NCBI GenBank assembly: GCA_965262725.1
Contig: OZ253555.1
Span: 1,408,001-1,472,000, forward strand
Direction of reading: 5' to 3'
Origin: Dehalococcoidia bacterium
GTDB taxonomy: Bacteria > Chloroflexota > Dehalococcoidia > UBA2979
Length of the DNA: 64,000 nucleotides
How positions within the stretch are numbered: position 1 is the first letter of the stretch; each line of letters opens with the position of its first letter. The notes beneath the pieces are model-generated. The model had not been told where the DNA came from and ran no database searches. It was given only the letters and a program-made list of their open reading frames with translations. The position numbers and the translations under genes are program-made. Below, piece after piece: positions 38,380 through 49,556 of the stretch.

Positions 38380-40505
38380 GTCGTTCCCTTCGCACTCGCG
38401 AGGCGGCAGGGCCGCTCGCCCTCCCCGAAGGGTAGTCGCCCCCCGCCGAGGCGGGGTGCCGCTGCCGCGCGAACGGCTCCCCGGAGCCCGCGCGTCGGTG
38501 GAGGTCGGGCGCGGCCACGGGGGATCTGCCGGCGTGCGTGGGCCCCGGCGCCACTCCCCTCCGGCGCGCCGGGACGCGCGTGAACTTCGGAGCCCGAACC
38601 GCCCCCGGTGCGCGCGTCGGCAACGCGACCGCGACGACGGCGCCGCGAGGCGGCCGTCCTGCCGGGGACGTGGGCGTCGAGGGGGGCCTGCAGCTCCTCG
38701 TGGCGCGGCCCCCGCTCGGGGCAGGGGAGACGCGACAGCGTCGGGGCGATCCCGACATCGCGCCCGCGAGGAAGGCGCCGGGGGCCGTGCGACCGCCTCC
38801 TCGACATGGAGCAGGGCGCCGGCCGCGCGGTCCGGCCGTACCCGCGGGTCGCCGTGATCGCCCCTCCCGCGAACCGCAGCCGCTGCCTCGTGCAGGCGCG
38901 ACCCGGGTCGGGCGGCGTCGCTCCCGGCGCGGGGCCGGCTCAGTCCGCGGCGCTCGTCCCGCCCGGGCAGCTGACGGCGACCGACCGGCCGGTGACGGCG
39001 TACGCCACGACCGGCGATGAAGGGCACGTGTCCGGCACGCCGGCCTCCGCGCTCCGCAACCCGGCCACGTGGCGAGGCCTCGATCGCGAGGCGTACGGTG
39101 GCCCCGTGTAGCCGGGGAACGGGCCGTGGCATGGCGCTCATTGCGAGCATCTGCGATCGCACCACCGGGCGGCCGCTCACCTGCGTGGCGGACGGCGGCA
39201 TCGCCGCGCCGTCTGCCACTACAACCGTCCCGCGCGACGTGGCGCGGCTCCGGCGCCGCCGGCCGCGGACCGTGGAGGTGATCGGCGGCATCCCGCGCCC
39301 GGGCATCGCCACGATGGCGACGGCGCGCTTCACGGCGCGGCTCGGGAGCGATCCCGACCTCTGCATCGAGGGCGTGGCGCCGTACGTGCGCGACGGCGGC
39401 TACCCGATCGGTCCGCCGCCGCCGGAGCCATCCACCGAGGCGAGACCGCCAGCGTCTCCTCGCGCTCGAACGCCCCCGGTCCAGGGGGGCGACCGCCGCC
39501 GTTGACCCGCATAGCGCGGGAGAGCCCCGCACCCGGACGGTGCCGGGAGCGAGGCGCGCCTCGAGCGGCGCGGGGGCATCTCCTCGCGTCGCCGGCCCGG
39601 GCGGAGGACGCCGTCGGGTCGCGCGGCCCGCCCGCCGCAGGCCGTGGCGGACACGCGTGCTTCAACGTGCGGGTCGCCGGGGACCGGACCCGCGGGCGGT
39701 CGACGGCGAACTCCCGGAGGACGGCCTCGCCGCCCGCGCTGACGACGGCGCCGCCCGATGCTCGCCCGGCCCGCGGGACCGTCGCCGGGGACGCAGGCGC
39801 CGACCCGGGCGCGGAGGCTGCCCTCGCGGCCGGGTCGTGGCCGGGAACCGGCGGAGCCGTCGCGAAGAGGTCGGGACGAGGCTCCGACGCGCCCACCGCT
39901 CGAGTGGGCGCCGGAGCGGGAGCAGCAGGGCGCGCTCGCAAGAGCGGCGCGCCGGACGGGAGCTCGGGGAGCATCGCCGGATGCGGCGGTGTTCCCTGCC
40001 GCCGTGATGGGCGCGGCGTGAACGTGGAGTATCGGACCACGGCCTCGGGCGCAGTACCGAGGATCGACCTGAGCACCCGCACGCTGATCCGAACCGCGGA
40101 CAGCGCCGGAAGCGGAACGTGGTGCCCACGAGACGAGGCCGAACGGGCGGGAGTGGTGCCCGGCGTGACTCGCGTACCGACGGGGGATCGGTTGCGCGCG
40201 TGTACGGAAAAAGAACATATGATCCGCGCTCAAATCCTGCTCACGATCCGCTCCGACGCTACTCACACGCCAGGGACGCCGCATGTTGCCTGGTGCCGCT
40301 GCGGGTCGACACCGGCGACCTGCTGACGCCTCGGACACGCGAGCAGGAGCGGGCCTCCGGCCGCGTGATTGTCCTCTGAGCAATCCCTGAGCACGCCGGT
40401 TCGTAGGGTCCGTCGCGCAACACGTGCGTTTGTCGGTATCGCCGCTCCGGAGGAGCAGAGAAACCGACGCGGAGCGCTCATCCGGGACACCCGCGGCAGG
40501 CGGGG

Positions 40506-40919
40506 TGTCGATCGCCAGGGTCATTGAGCCACGCGTCGCCACGGTCATTGGACCACCCGGGACGCCGGTAGGCGGCTTGATATCAGTGAGCGTCTAGCGC
40601 GTCAATCACCTCCCGTCTGCGCCTCGAGCAGGGCGCGGTGCGGCGAGAGCCGCTGGCGGTAGCTATCGCCCTCGATCACGATCTGGTAGCTGGCGTTGGC
40701 GAGGCGGTCGAGGGCGCTGTTGCCGAGGATCGGGTCGTCGAAGAGACCCAGCCATTCCTCCACGGCGCGGTTCGAGGTGATGACGAAGCTGGAGCTGCGG
40801 TGGCGCCCGATGACCAGCTCGTAGAGGTCGATGGACTGCTGCGCGCTGAGGCGATGGAGCCCGAGGTCGTCGAGGATGAGCAGGTCGGGCGCGAGGAAGC
40901 TTCGGAAGACCTTCTCGGC
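40506..40919 (-). mobile_element. Truncated second copy of the IS21 element (right end + istB 3' part)
   Basis: Near-identical to 14485-14576 + 19121-19442, with a single unoccupied CTAG. Confidence 0.9.
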
Positions 40920-41294
40920 GACCACCGCGCGGAAGCCCGCGTCAGGCAAGCCGAGAACGAGTGGCCGGGCCCGGCAAGCGTGCTCGTGACCCGTGAATGG
41001 CGGGTCGAGGGCCCGGGTGGCGATGTCTGTCGATCAGATCCCCAGTGGATGCCGTCAGTAGTGGCCGTCCACCGGATCGGTGCGAGCCGACAGCTGCGCT
41101 TGCGTAGACGACGAAGGGAACGATTTGCGAGACGGCGTCGAGGAGGCCGGCGAGCTGGATGAACTGGAGCGGGAGCAGCAGGCCGGAGTGTGCGGTGAGG
41201 GCGGTGGAGCTGGTGTCGGTGCCGAACTCGATCGGGAGCGTCTGACGTGTCATGCTGTCTGCACCTCGCTGGTGAGTTTTCTTTGTGATACAGG
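40920..41294 (-). pseudogene. IS1380-like transposase 5' remnant
   Basis: MTRQTLPIEF...LTAHSGLLL N-terminus at 41253; possible end CCTGTATCAC at 41294. Confidence 0.45.
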
Positions 41295-41556
41295 CATTCT
41301 CTGCCCTGAGCGATCAGGGCTCCAGCGAGGTACCTCTCCTCCCTCACCGCGCACGCCGGGGCCGTACCGGGGGTGCGCAGCACCCTGAGACGCCCGATCC
41401 GGGGTGTGATCGGCGTCAGAACGGGGCTCCGGAGGTCGGATCGGGCGCGTCCGACGGCACATCTGCGTCTCGGGCGGCCTCAACCGGGCTGCTCACGCCC
41501 GACGCGGTCCCGTCAGCTTCCCGGGGCTCCAGATTTGATGGGATATCTGGGTCTAG

Positions 41557-42884
41557 GGCACCTCGAAGAACTCGCGATTGTTGATGAAGGTATCGGTGAG
41601 GGCACGAGGGGGCAGAGGGCGTAGCTGAGGAGACCCCAGGGGGTGTGGGTGAGTCCGCGAGAGCATAGGTGAAGCGGGATAATTGACAGTTAAACGGGAC
41701 TGTCAAAGCACCGAACTAGAGGCTGGTGTGAGGTCTGTGGACGGGTGGCGGCAAGCTAGGCCGCGGCAGCCGTACGGCGGTGTTCGAGGTGCGCCAGACG
41801 GCGAATATTGTACGCCAGGTTCTTGAAGCCGATCTGCGTCACTGCCCGCCGCACGCCGATCGTACGGATGTGCGTGCCGCCCATCTCGTTCGTCTGCGAG
41901 CCGAAGATGTGCTCAACCCGGGCCCGTACTTGCGACCATCCCCGGTTGACCGCCTCCTCAGCCGCCGTCAACGGCCGGTTGGCAGCGGCCTTCCGATGGA
42001 TGCGGCTCGTCAGACCTTTCTCCGTGAGCATTGCCTCAATCGCCCGCGACCGATAGGCACGGTCTGCCCACACATCGGGTGACGTGTTCGGAGAGTCGAG
42101 CAGCTGGTCGATCACCTGGCTGTCATGGACCGCGGCATCGGTGACGGCGTAGGAACGCACCAGCTTGTGGCGCCGATCGATGGTGATGTGGTTCTTGTAG
42201 CCGTAGTGACTCTTCCCGTGCTTCTTCGTCCAGCGGGCGTCGAGGTCTTTCTGGGCCAGCTTCGCCGGATTGAAGACCCACTCCGAGGGAATGAGGTCCT
42301 GCTTGAGCGACTCGTTCTCCCGGCGGCTGTTGCGCTGGATCGGCACCGAGACGATCGAGGCGTCGACGATCTGTCCGCCACTGGCGCGGTAGCCCTGGCT
42401 GGCGAGATAGTGGTCGAAGGCCTGGAACAACTCGGCGATGGCGCCCGCCCTGGTCAACTGCTCGCGGTAGAGCCAGAAGGTGGTGGCGTCGGGCACCCGG
42501 CCTTCGATGCCTGTGCCGCAGAAGCGGGAGAAGGAGAGACGGTCGCGGATCTGATACTCAATCTGTTCATCGGAGAGGTTGTAGAGTACGCCGAGTATCA
42601 ATCCCTTGAAGATGACGATTGCGTCCCATGGCTTGCGTCCGGCCGGTGATTTACGCTCTTCTTCGGGCGTGGCCCAGACGGCTTCTAACTGAGGTCTGAA
42701 CTGCTCCCACGGGATGATTTGGTCGAGCTTGGCGAGTGGGTCGCCCTTGGCGTCGAGAGCGTCGTAGCGGTCGTCCACATTGAAGAATCCAAGTTGGCCC
42801 ATATCATCCCCCGTAACCATGACACTGATGGCTACAGTATATCATTCACCATGCCGACGATATAGTCATTCTTCGAAGTGCCCT
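41557..42884 (-). mobile_element. IS5-family insertion sequence
   Basis: TIRs GGGCACCTCGAAGAA / TTCTTCGAAGTGCCC; CTAG at 41553 and 42885. Exact ends +/-2 nt. Confidence 0.85.
41756..42802 (-). CDS. IS5-family transposase
   Basis: MGQLGFF, DRLSFSRF, PDATTFW, IVDASIV, DARWTKKHGKSHYGYK, ADRAY, RARVEHIF. Confidence 0.94.
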   Translation of the reverse strand: MGQLGFFNVDDRYDALDAKGDPLAKLDQIIPWEQFRPQLEAVWATPEEERKSPAGRKPWDAIVIFKGLILGVLYNLSDEQIEYQIRDRLSFSRFCGTGIEGRVPDATTFWLYREQLTRAGAIAELFQAFDHYLASQGYRASGGQIVDASIVSVPIQRNSRRENESLKQDLIPSEWVFNPAKLAQKDLDARWTKKHGKSHYGYKNHITIDRRHKLVRSYAVTDAAVHDSQVIDQLLDSPNTSPDVWADRAYRSRAIEAMLTEKGLTSRIHRKAAANRPLTAAEEAVNRGWSQVRARVEHIFGSQTNEMGGTHIRTIGVRRAVTQIGFKNLAYNIRRLAHLEHRRTAAAA

Positions 42885-43189
42885 CTAGTGTCCCGAGTTG
42901 CAAATGCTGAAAACAATCGCACCGAGCCTCGCAGGCCTGGTCCGCTCAGTGGAGGCTTGGGTCGCAACTGGAAACGAGCACCGGAGGCGCTTCATCTGGC
43001 ACAAGTCCGCGGACCAGATCTTTGAGTAGGGTCAGGGGCTGGCGCGGTGCGAGCCGTAGGCGGTGGCGCATATTGCCAGGCCGGTTTCCCGGTGGCGCCC
43101 ATCTCCACAGCCGTAGCATCGTCCGTCTCCAGCCCCTGCCGCCTCGAACCGGACGTGAGGTTTTCCCTCATCCGGCTCACCGATGCCCT

Positions 43190-45389
43190 TCACCGGGCGG
43201 CATGCGGGGTGCCCCGCCACGGTCGATATGGCCGTGGTGCCACGACGCGCTGTCCAGCTAGCGAGATGAGCCCCAGACGGTCGGCGACGGGAAACGGGTG
43301 CCCGCGATGGCGTCGCCGCCAACGCAACCGCTTCCCCAGCCAGAGTTTGAGTCTCCACATGGCAAACCAGTGCAGGACGTCGAACGCCCTCGCCGAGTTG
43401 CCGTAGCGGAAGTAGCTCATCCAGCCGCGGAGGTAGCGATTGACTTCCTCCACGACCTGCCGGGGACTCAGCAGCAGACGCAACCGCGCCGTGATTTCAC
43501 GGATGCGGTCCCGCGCCCGCTGCATCGCTCGCCGTGAGGGCCAGCGTGCGAGGAACTGGATATTCTTGTTGCGCTTCGCACGTACCCAGCGATGCTCGAA
43601 GCCGAGGAACTCCAGCCCCTCGCCTCCCTCCCGCAGGTGCACGATGCGCGTCTTCTCCGCCTTGAGCTCCAGTCCGAGCTCACCCAGCAGGTCACGCAGC
43701 AGGGCCAACGCCCGCTCCGCTTCCTCCCGGCTCCGGCAGAGCACCACGAGGTCATCCGCATAGCGCACCAGCACGCCATCACCCTTCGCCTCCCAGTCCC
43801 GGTCCAACCGGTGCAGGTAGACATTGGCCAGCAGCGGGGACATCACCCCGCCCTGCGGCGTACCCGTCGCGCTGTGCTGCACGACCCCCGACTCCATCAC
43901 ACCGGCACGCAGCATCGCCCGTACCAGCTTCAGGAGATTGCGGTCGCATATCCGTTCCTCGACGGCCGTCATCAGACGGTCGTGTAGGGTCAGGGGCTGG
44001 CGCGGTGCGAGCCGTAGGCGGTGGCGCATCAGTTCCAAGCCGGTTTCCCGGTGGTGCCCAACTCCACGGCCATAGCAGCGTCCGTCTCCAGCCCCTGCCA
44101 CATCGAACCGGACGTGAGGTTCTCCCTCATCCGGCTCACCGATGCCCTTCACCAGATGGCATGCAGCGCTCCCCACAACGTGGGTCGTGCCTTGGCCAGC
44201 CGGTACAGCATGTGCGGAGAGCCTCGAACCCTACCAAGTGGTTGCTAGCCCCGAGGGGCACTCACCAGTCCACACCCCCAGCAACATGCACGGACAAAGT
44301 AGGGGTCCTTCCCATCACCGGCGGTTATGTTGTCCGTCCGGCTCCAGCGGTACTACGACCCCCTCCGCCACCCTTCCGGCTGGCTGTCCACTTCCCGGCT
44401 CTGACCGGTTATAGGACGCCTCGCTCCGACGCCCTCTCACAGGGTGCCGGGCCGGGGAGGGCTTCTCCGGTTCCCGTCGCTACCTTCCGTACGTTCCACG
44501 TCCCATACGCCGGGAGGTTTCTTGAGGCTGCATTCCAGGATCTTCACCTCGTCCATGGCCTTCGCCCTGACCACCCGGGCTCGGCTCCTCCTTGGTCCTG
44601 TCAATAGACAGGCGAGTCTCACGGCGCGGCAGACTTCGCGTCATGCTGCGGACCGCACGTTTGCTCCCCCTCATAGGGCTCTTGACGTCGGGCTTCGACG
44701 CAGACCGTTTCCCGTCCACGCCGCCGACCTGCTAACGGGCCTCCTGACAGTTACCCGTGCCGGACTCTCACCGGCTGGCAGCAACGAGCATGTCTCCGGA
44801 CCGGTCACGTCATCACGTCACCACCCCTTCGACTTCCGGACGCACGCGGTATCGACTCGAAACACGAGGCGATGTCCGTCTCCACTACCCACCGCCTGCC
44901 CCGCCACGCCTCGTCAATGAGGACCTGCAGGGCGTCATGGGCCGAACGCTTCGGGCGGAAGCCGAAGCTGCATGGCAGGAAGTCGGCCTCGAAGACCGGC
45001 TCCGTCACGAGCTTCAGCGACGCCTGCACGATGCGGTCGCGGACCGAAGGAATCGAGAGCGGGCGCTCTTCCGACCGACCGGGCTTGGGTATCCAGACCC
45101 GGCGGCTCGGCTGCACCCGGTATCTTCCCTCCTTCAGTTCCGTGGCCAGTTCATCCAGCAGGCGCTCCACGCCGTAGCGCTCGACCTCGGCGAGCGTGAC
45201 GCCGTCGATACCGGCTGCGCCGCGATTGCGACGCACCTGCTCCCACGCGCGCTCCAGAATGTCTCTGCGATAAACCTTGTCGTAGAGCGCATGAAAGCGT
45301 CTATTGGGGTCGGCCTTGGCCGCCCGGTAAAGCGTGCGTTGTAGTGTTCGGACCTTGTCTTGGATGGAGTTAGCCGCTTGGGCACTCAC
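43190..45389 (-). CDS. ltrA: Group II intron RT/maturase, split: complement(join(43190..43983,44846..45389))
   Basis: ORF-track translations of both halves are identical to copy 1. Confidence 0.92.
43984..44845 (-). ncRNA. Group II intron B (inner, ORF-less), copy 2
   Basis: Reverse complement of 17161-18022. Confidence 0.92.
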
Positions 45390-46003
45390 CGATTCATCCC
45401 TACTCCCCACGCGTGAGCAAAGCAGGGGTCCTTCCCATCACCGGCGGTTGTGTTGTCCGTCCGGCTCAAGCGGTACTACGACCCCCTCCGTCACCCTTCC
45501 GGCTAGCTGCCCACTTCCCGGCTTTGACCGGTTATAGGGCACCTCGCTCCGACACCATCTCGCAGGGTGCCGGGCCGGGGAGGGCTTCTCCCGTTCCCGT
45601 CGCTACCTTCCAAACGTTCCACGCCCCTTACGCCGGGAGGTTCCTTGAGGCTGCAGCGCAACGCGCATTCAGGATCTTCACCTCGTCCATGGCCTTCGCC
45701 CTGAATTGCCGGGCTCGGCTCCTCCACTATCCGTTAACGACGCGGCAGGCTTCGCTTGATGCTGCGGACCGCTTGGTTGCTCCCCCTGATAGGGCTCTTG
45801 ACGTCGGGCTTCGACGTGGACCGTTTCCCGTCCGCGCCGCCGACCTGCTAACGGGCCTCCTGACAGTTACCCGTGCCGGACTCGCACCGGCTGGCAACGA
45901 CGAGCATGTCTCCAGACCGGTTACGTCATCACGTCACCCGCCCTTCGACTTCGGGACACACCAACCTCACCGGATATCTCAATCGCATTTCCAATTCAGG
46001 ACA

Positions 46004-46187
46004 CTAGGGCTATATGAAATTTTCCATACCAGTGATTACGAAGCTCCTCTGTTTCTTCAGCACCGGCGACGTATTTTGCAACACGCGCACACATTTCTTC
46101 AGGAGTCTCGATTACGTCCCCTGTATCGTGGTTCTTCCGTAGGTAACGCTTTTCGAGTACAGTGCGCGCGTTGTCTGTAAGTTCCAA
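46004..46187 (-). pseudogene. N-terminal fragment of a ribonucleotide reductase (NrdJ-like)
   Basis: MELTDNARTVLEKRYLRK...IETPEEMCARVAKYVA; AT-rich; cut at the CTAG that holds the MITE and IS5. Confidence 0.7.
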
Positions 46188-46217
46188 GTAACCTCTCCCT
46201 CCGATTAACGGAGGTAT

Positions 46218-46246
46218 AGTATATCACATTGCAAAGTGTAAGTCAA
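46218..46246 (-). promoter_or_regulatory. Near-consensus sigma70 promoter
   Basis: TTGACT-17 nt-TATACT with extended -10 TG, then GGAGGGAGAGG RBS and TTG start. Confidence 0.75.
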
Positions 46247-46256
46247 GCACTAAATG

Positions 46257-47498
46257 TTACTCCGCACACGGTCCGAGGCCGGACTTTCGATCCTCAAGTT
46301 TCTTGTCATATATAGAATTGACAAACCGCTCAAAGAAGTCAGCCGTTGCGACCGCTGCCGCTTCTGCGGTCGTGTACGGAATCGGAGCATAAGATAAACG
46401 CACTCTGTTAAGCGACCGCACATAGGCCTCGCCGCAAGCTTCCTTTCCTGTGATTTCTACAAGACTGTTGTAGTTTTTGTGGACCTGCAGAAAGTCGAGA
46501 TCCAAGCAGCTGCCCGAGCCGTCATTACGACCTGTGTCACAAGGCGCATCCACAATTGGATTCCAGGCAAGGTCGACCTTCCAATACCCTTCAATCGTAT
46601 TACACCAGTTGCAAGCAACCCAAGCAGATCCAAAGCTGATGCTTCCGGGAATGAGTTGCTCTTCGTGCTCTAGGATTCGTACAGAGACACCACTGCCTTC
46701 TCTAATCCACGCCAAGTTTTCTTGGTGCTGATGGACAAGTGCGGTGACACAAGAGTCCATTGCTGCTGGAGGTGATACCTCTGTGATGTTTATCTTGGAG
46801 AGCTCTACAGTGTCTACTGACTCCCAACTGTTCTTTGGATCAGTGGTGTAACGGCCGAAGGCTTCCACCAGTTGTGCTTCAAGAGTCTCTGATCGTGGCG
46901 CAAGCCCCCACAGTTGCTGCAGAAGCTTGTCGTCGCGCGGACCAAGTTCACTGTGGAGGGAGACTTTCTTCAGAACTTCGTTGAACTCGTAACACGCCGG
47001 TACCTCTGTGACGCACTTACTGGCGTTCCACCACGAGCCTCGAAAGAACGGAAGATCATTTACACAGTCCGACGCAGGCACAGCCTCGATCGACGCCTGA
47101 ACTGTGGGAGTCGGCGTGCTAGGAGCCTGTGTACGAGGAACAGTCCGACTCAGATAGTCGTTGTGTACCCAACTCTTGCGTCCTCTGTCATCACGAAGCC
47201 ACACCCACTCGGCACAAGTCTGTTCACCCTCTCTGATAACGGTAACTTCAGCACCTTCAGGGATGCCACGCCCTCTGTGATCTGGATCGCGCATATCTTC
47301 TCTGCAGCCATGGCGGACCGCTACGTTATCACCGCCTGTGTCGACTATGTAAGCGATATCGTCTTTCTCCCAAACGTCGGGAGTAGGCGTTGCGACTGTG
47401 GGTGTTGCAGTTGGCGGCTCTCGCATATCATCTACGTCCACACAGCCAAAGCTGAGTGCTCCAAGAATTGTCACAAGTGCAATCACGAGACGAGCCAC
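46257..47498 (-). CDS. Putative lipoprotein with PT-rich linkers and SH3-like domain
   Basis: Signal peptide with LSFGC lipobox; PTATPT linkers; GAEVTVI...WVWLRDDRGRKSWVHNDYL; AT-rich; AAGGAG RBS before GTG 47498. Confidence 0.65.
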   Translation of the reverse strand: MARLVIALVTILGALSFGCVDVDDMREPPTATPTVATPTPDVWEKDDIAYIVDTGGDNVAVRHGCREDMRDPDHRGRGIPEGAEVTVIREGEQTCAEWVWLRDDRGRKSWVHNDYLSRTVPRTQAPSTPTPTVQASIEAVPASDCVNDLPFFRGSWWNASKCVTEVPACYEFNEVLKKVSLHSELGPRDDKLLQQLWGLAPRSETLEAQLVEAFGRYTTDPKNSWESVDTVELSKINITEVSPPAAMDSCVTALVHQHQENLAWIREGSGVSVRILEHEEQLIPGSISFGSAWVACNWCNTIEGYWKVDLAWNPIVDAPCDTGRNDGSGSCLDLDFLQVHKNYNSLVEITGKEACGEAYVRSLNRVRLSYAPIPYTTAEAAAVATADFFERFVNSIYDKKLEDRKSGLGPCAE

Positions 47499-47606
47499 TG
47501 TCTTCTCCTTCACTACTCGGGAGGGTCGCGAGGGCGCACGATCTTCGGAGCGCCGCTCCGTCGTTTCACGTGCAGGACGCCCGGTGCCGGAATTAGGTTT
47601 GAAGAC

Positions 47607-47640
47607 TGGTGCCGAAGGTGGGATTCGAACCCACACGGGC
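47607..47640 (-). other. 3' fragment of a tRNA (Leu-like); island att site
   Basis: GCCCGT-GTGGG-TTCGAAT-CCCAC-CTTCGGC-ACCA; the complementary 5' strand GCCGAAG is not found upstream. Confidence 0.8.
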
Positions 47641-47699
47641 CGACCGCGAGCGGATTGGAGGCGATGAACGAGTGTCTCCGGTCAGGTTCCGCATCCGGA

Positions 47700-48665
47700 T
47701 CATGACGAGGCCCTGTGACGCCGCACGTTCAGGGCCTTCCACTCCAGGAGCGGTTGCGACCGTATCCGTTGCTGGAGCGCCGGCTCGGAGGTCAAGATGG
47801 TCGAGTCGATCTCTCCGTCGTCGAGCAGCCGGTCAAGGAACGCTCGCTCCGCATCGGTGAACGGCAGTAGCGCGGATAGCCCCTGCTGGCAACCGTCGAC
47901 GAGCACCGGGCCATAGCCGGCCGCTTCGCTCGACTCGACCCTGGCGCGGAGCGTCGGCCTGAGCTGACTCGCGAGTTCCGCCGGGTCGAAGGCCACGTCG
48001 TCGACCGAGACCGTGCGCCAGTCCCTGCGACTCATCGCCCCATACACGACGAAGGCGGTTCTGAGCCGGCCGAGGTCGAGGGAGTCGATGGAGAAAATGA
48101 GATGGCTGTCGAACAGGTCGCGGGCGCGCCGACGCGACAGCAGTGCCGCCAGCTTCCCAGCGGCAAGCTCGTGCACATCCACGACCGGGACGTCGGTCGC
48201 CTGCCAACTCCCGACCCGATGCGAGTCCATCGTTGTGATGGGCCACAGGGGTACGCGGTACATGTAGTTGACGTCCACGTCGATTCTGCCGCCCTGCCCG
48301 GAAGCCGCCGGATAGCGCAGCGTCCACTTGCCTCCCGCGTGCTCGCTCGCGAGCTGTCTGCCAGTCAAATCCTCTCGGCCGAAGACAGCCCGGAGCGCGT
48401 CCTCCAGCCTCGGGCGCTCCTCCAACATGACCTCCCTGCTCTCGGTGCCCACGTAGTTCAGGTCGATGTCGACGGAGAGCCTGGGCACGTCAAAGACGAA
48501 GAGGTTCAGCGCTGTCCCGCCCTTCAGGGCCAGCTTTCCCTTCAGGAACGGATGAAGCTGAATCGCGTCGAGCAGCCCGAGCAGATGGGCGACCTTTTCC
48601 AGCATGTCTGCCCGGAAGCCCGTCGCCTCGGCATCCGCGACGAGCTGCTCAGGGGAGACCCTCAC
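47700..48665 (-). CDS. AbiEii/AbiGii-family nucleotidyltransferase toxin
   Basis: LALKGGTALN, RLSVDIDL, ELAAGKLAAL, RARDLFD; GTGA overlap with the upstream gene. Confidence 0.9.
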   Translation of the reverse strand: MRVSPEQLVADAEATGFRADMLEKVAHLLGLLDAIQLHPFLKGKLALKGGTALNLFVFDVPRLSVDIDLNYVGTESREVMLEERPRLEDALRAVFGREDLTGRQLASEHAGGKWTLRYPAASGQGGRIDVDVNYMYRVPLWPITTMDSHRVGSWQATDVPVVDVHELAAGKLAALLSRRRARDLFDSHLIFSIDSLDLGRLRTAFVVYGAMSRRDWRTVSVDDVAFDPAELASQLRPTLRARVESSEAAGYGPVLVDGCQQGLSALLPFTDAERAFLDRLLDDGEIDSTILTSEPALQQRIRSQPLLEWKALNVRRHRASS

Positions 48666-49477
48666 GCGACTTCCTCCCAGGCCCGGTCCACTACCTCCCG
48701 TGGTGCTACCAGGTTCCACTCGGGCACGAAACGCCCTCGGCCATTCGTCGCGGCGTCGACGTAGTGCGGCTGTCGCGGCCGGTGTTGGCGGAGCGTCTGC
48801 AGGTGGCGCGACTGGACCATGAGCACCTCGCGGTGCTGCTCCAGGAAGAAGCCCACCTTTGCGGCGGTCGTCGCGTTGCAAAGCAGGAGCGCGTAGTCCA
48901 CGACCTGCTCGATGTTGAAGAACTCCACCGATTCCAGCGAGCGCCAGATCTCCTCCCAGCCTCCCGAGTGGCGCGGGCGATCGAGCACGTCTACCAGCGT
49001 GCGCTCAAGGCTCGTGACCCTCACCGGGAGGCCGGCGCGCTCCGCAGTCAGAACACCGTGGGTCGTATTGCGTGAACGGGCGAGGGCCTCCTGGAATCGC
49101 GTTCCCCGGAAGACATGGGAGCGGAACGTCAGCGGCGACGAGGGGCGCGCCGCCAGATAGGTGAGATGCTGCCACGCCGAGTAGGCTCGGTCATGGAACT
49201 CAAGCGCCGTGTGGTGCGACAGGATGGCGTCAGCAGTGAGCCGCGACGCGATCAGGTAGGGATCCACGGGGAAGGATTCCGGGTCGGCTCCCGGCGGGAC
49301 CACGGCGTACAGGCCGCGGCGCACTCGCAGGAGCCGACCGGCCTTCACGTGGTAGCCGAGTAGTGTCTCCCGGGTCCTGGCGCTGGCGCGGCCGCGCGAC
49401 GCGAGGTGCACAGCCAGCTCATCGGTGGTGAACACGGGATGCCGGCGAAAAAACTGGTCGTGCTTGACGGTTGGCAT
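48662..49477 (-). CDS. AbiEi-family antitoxin/transcriptional regulator
   Basis: wHTH RVRRGLY, LSHHTALEFH, VTSLERTLVD. Confidence 0.88.
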   Translation of the reverse strand: MPTVKHDQFFRRHPVFTTDELAVHLASRGRASARTRETLLGYHVKAGRLLRVRRGLYAVVPPGADPESFPVDPYLIASRLTADAILSHHTALEFHDRAYSAWQHLTYLAARPSSPLTFRSHVFRGTRFQEALARSRNTTHGVLTAERAGLPVRVTSLERTLVDVLDRPRHSGGWEEIWRSLESVEFFNIEQVVDYALLLCNATTAAKVGFFLEQHREVLMVQSRHLQTLRQHRPRQPHYVDAATNGRGRFVPEWNLVAPREVVDRAWEEVA

Positions 49478-49556
49478 TACCAGTCGCCCCCTCCGCCGAG
49501 GTTCCCACCGGATGGTGTGGTCCGAGGAGCCTTCGCGAGCCCAGTACCCCAGTCTC

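Larger units (their letters stand above)
43026..45961 (-). ncRNA. Group II intron A copy 2 (outer ribozyme uninterrupted)
   Basis: Reverse complement of copy 1 without IS256; 2936 nt. Confidence 0.92.
42885..46007. mobile_element. IS630-derived MITE carrying the twintron, copy 2 (inverted relative to copy 1)
   Basis: CTAGTGTCCCGAGTTG ... CAATTCAGGACACTAG. Confidence 0.88.

Noticed and set aside
38400-40500. Coding genes in the extremely GC-rich stretch, and a LexA-like GAAC-N4-GATC at 40213
   Set aside because: No frame gives a recognisable protein (probably decayed sequence); the box has a mismatch and no clear downstream gene.
41683-41706. TTGACAGT/ACTGTCAA palindrome as a separate element or terminator
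   Set aside because: It lies inside the IS5 downstream non-coding end, has only 8-bp arms and no U-tract; function cannot be supported.
47607-47700. Complete tRNA gene
   Set aside because: Only the T arm and acceptor 3' strand are present; no D arm or 5' acceptor strand.
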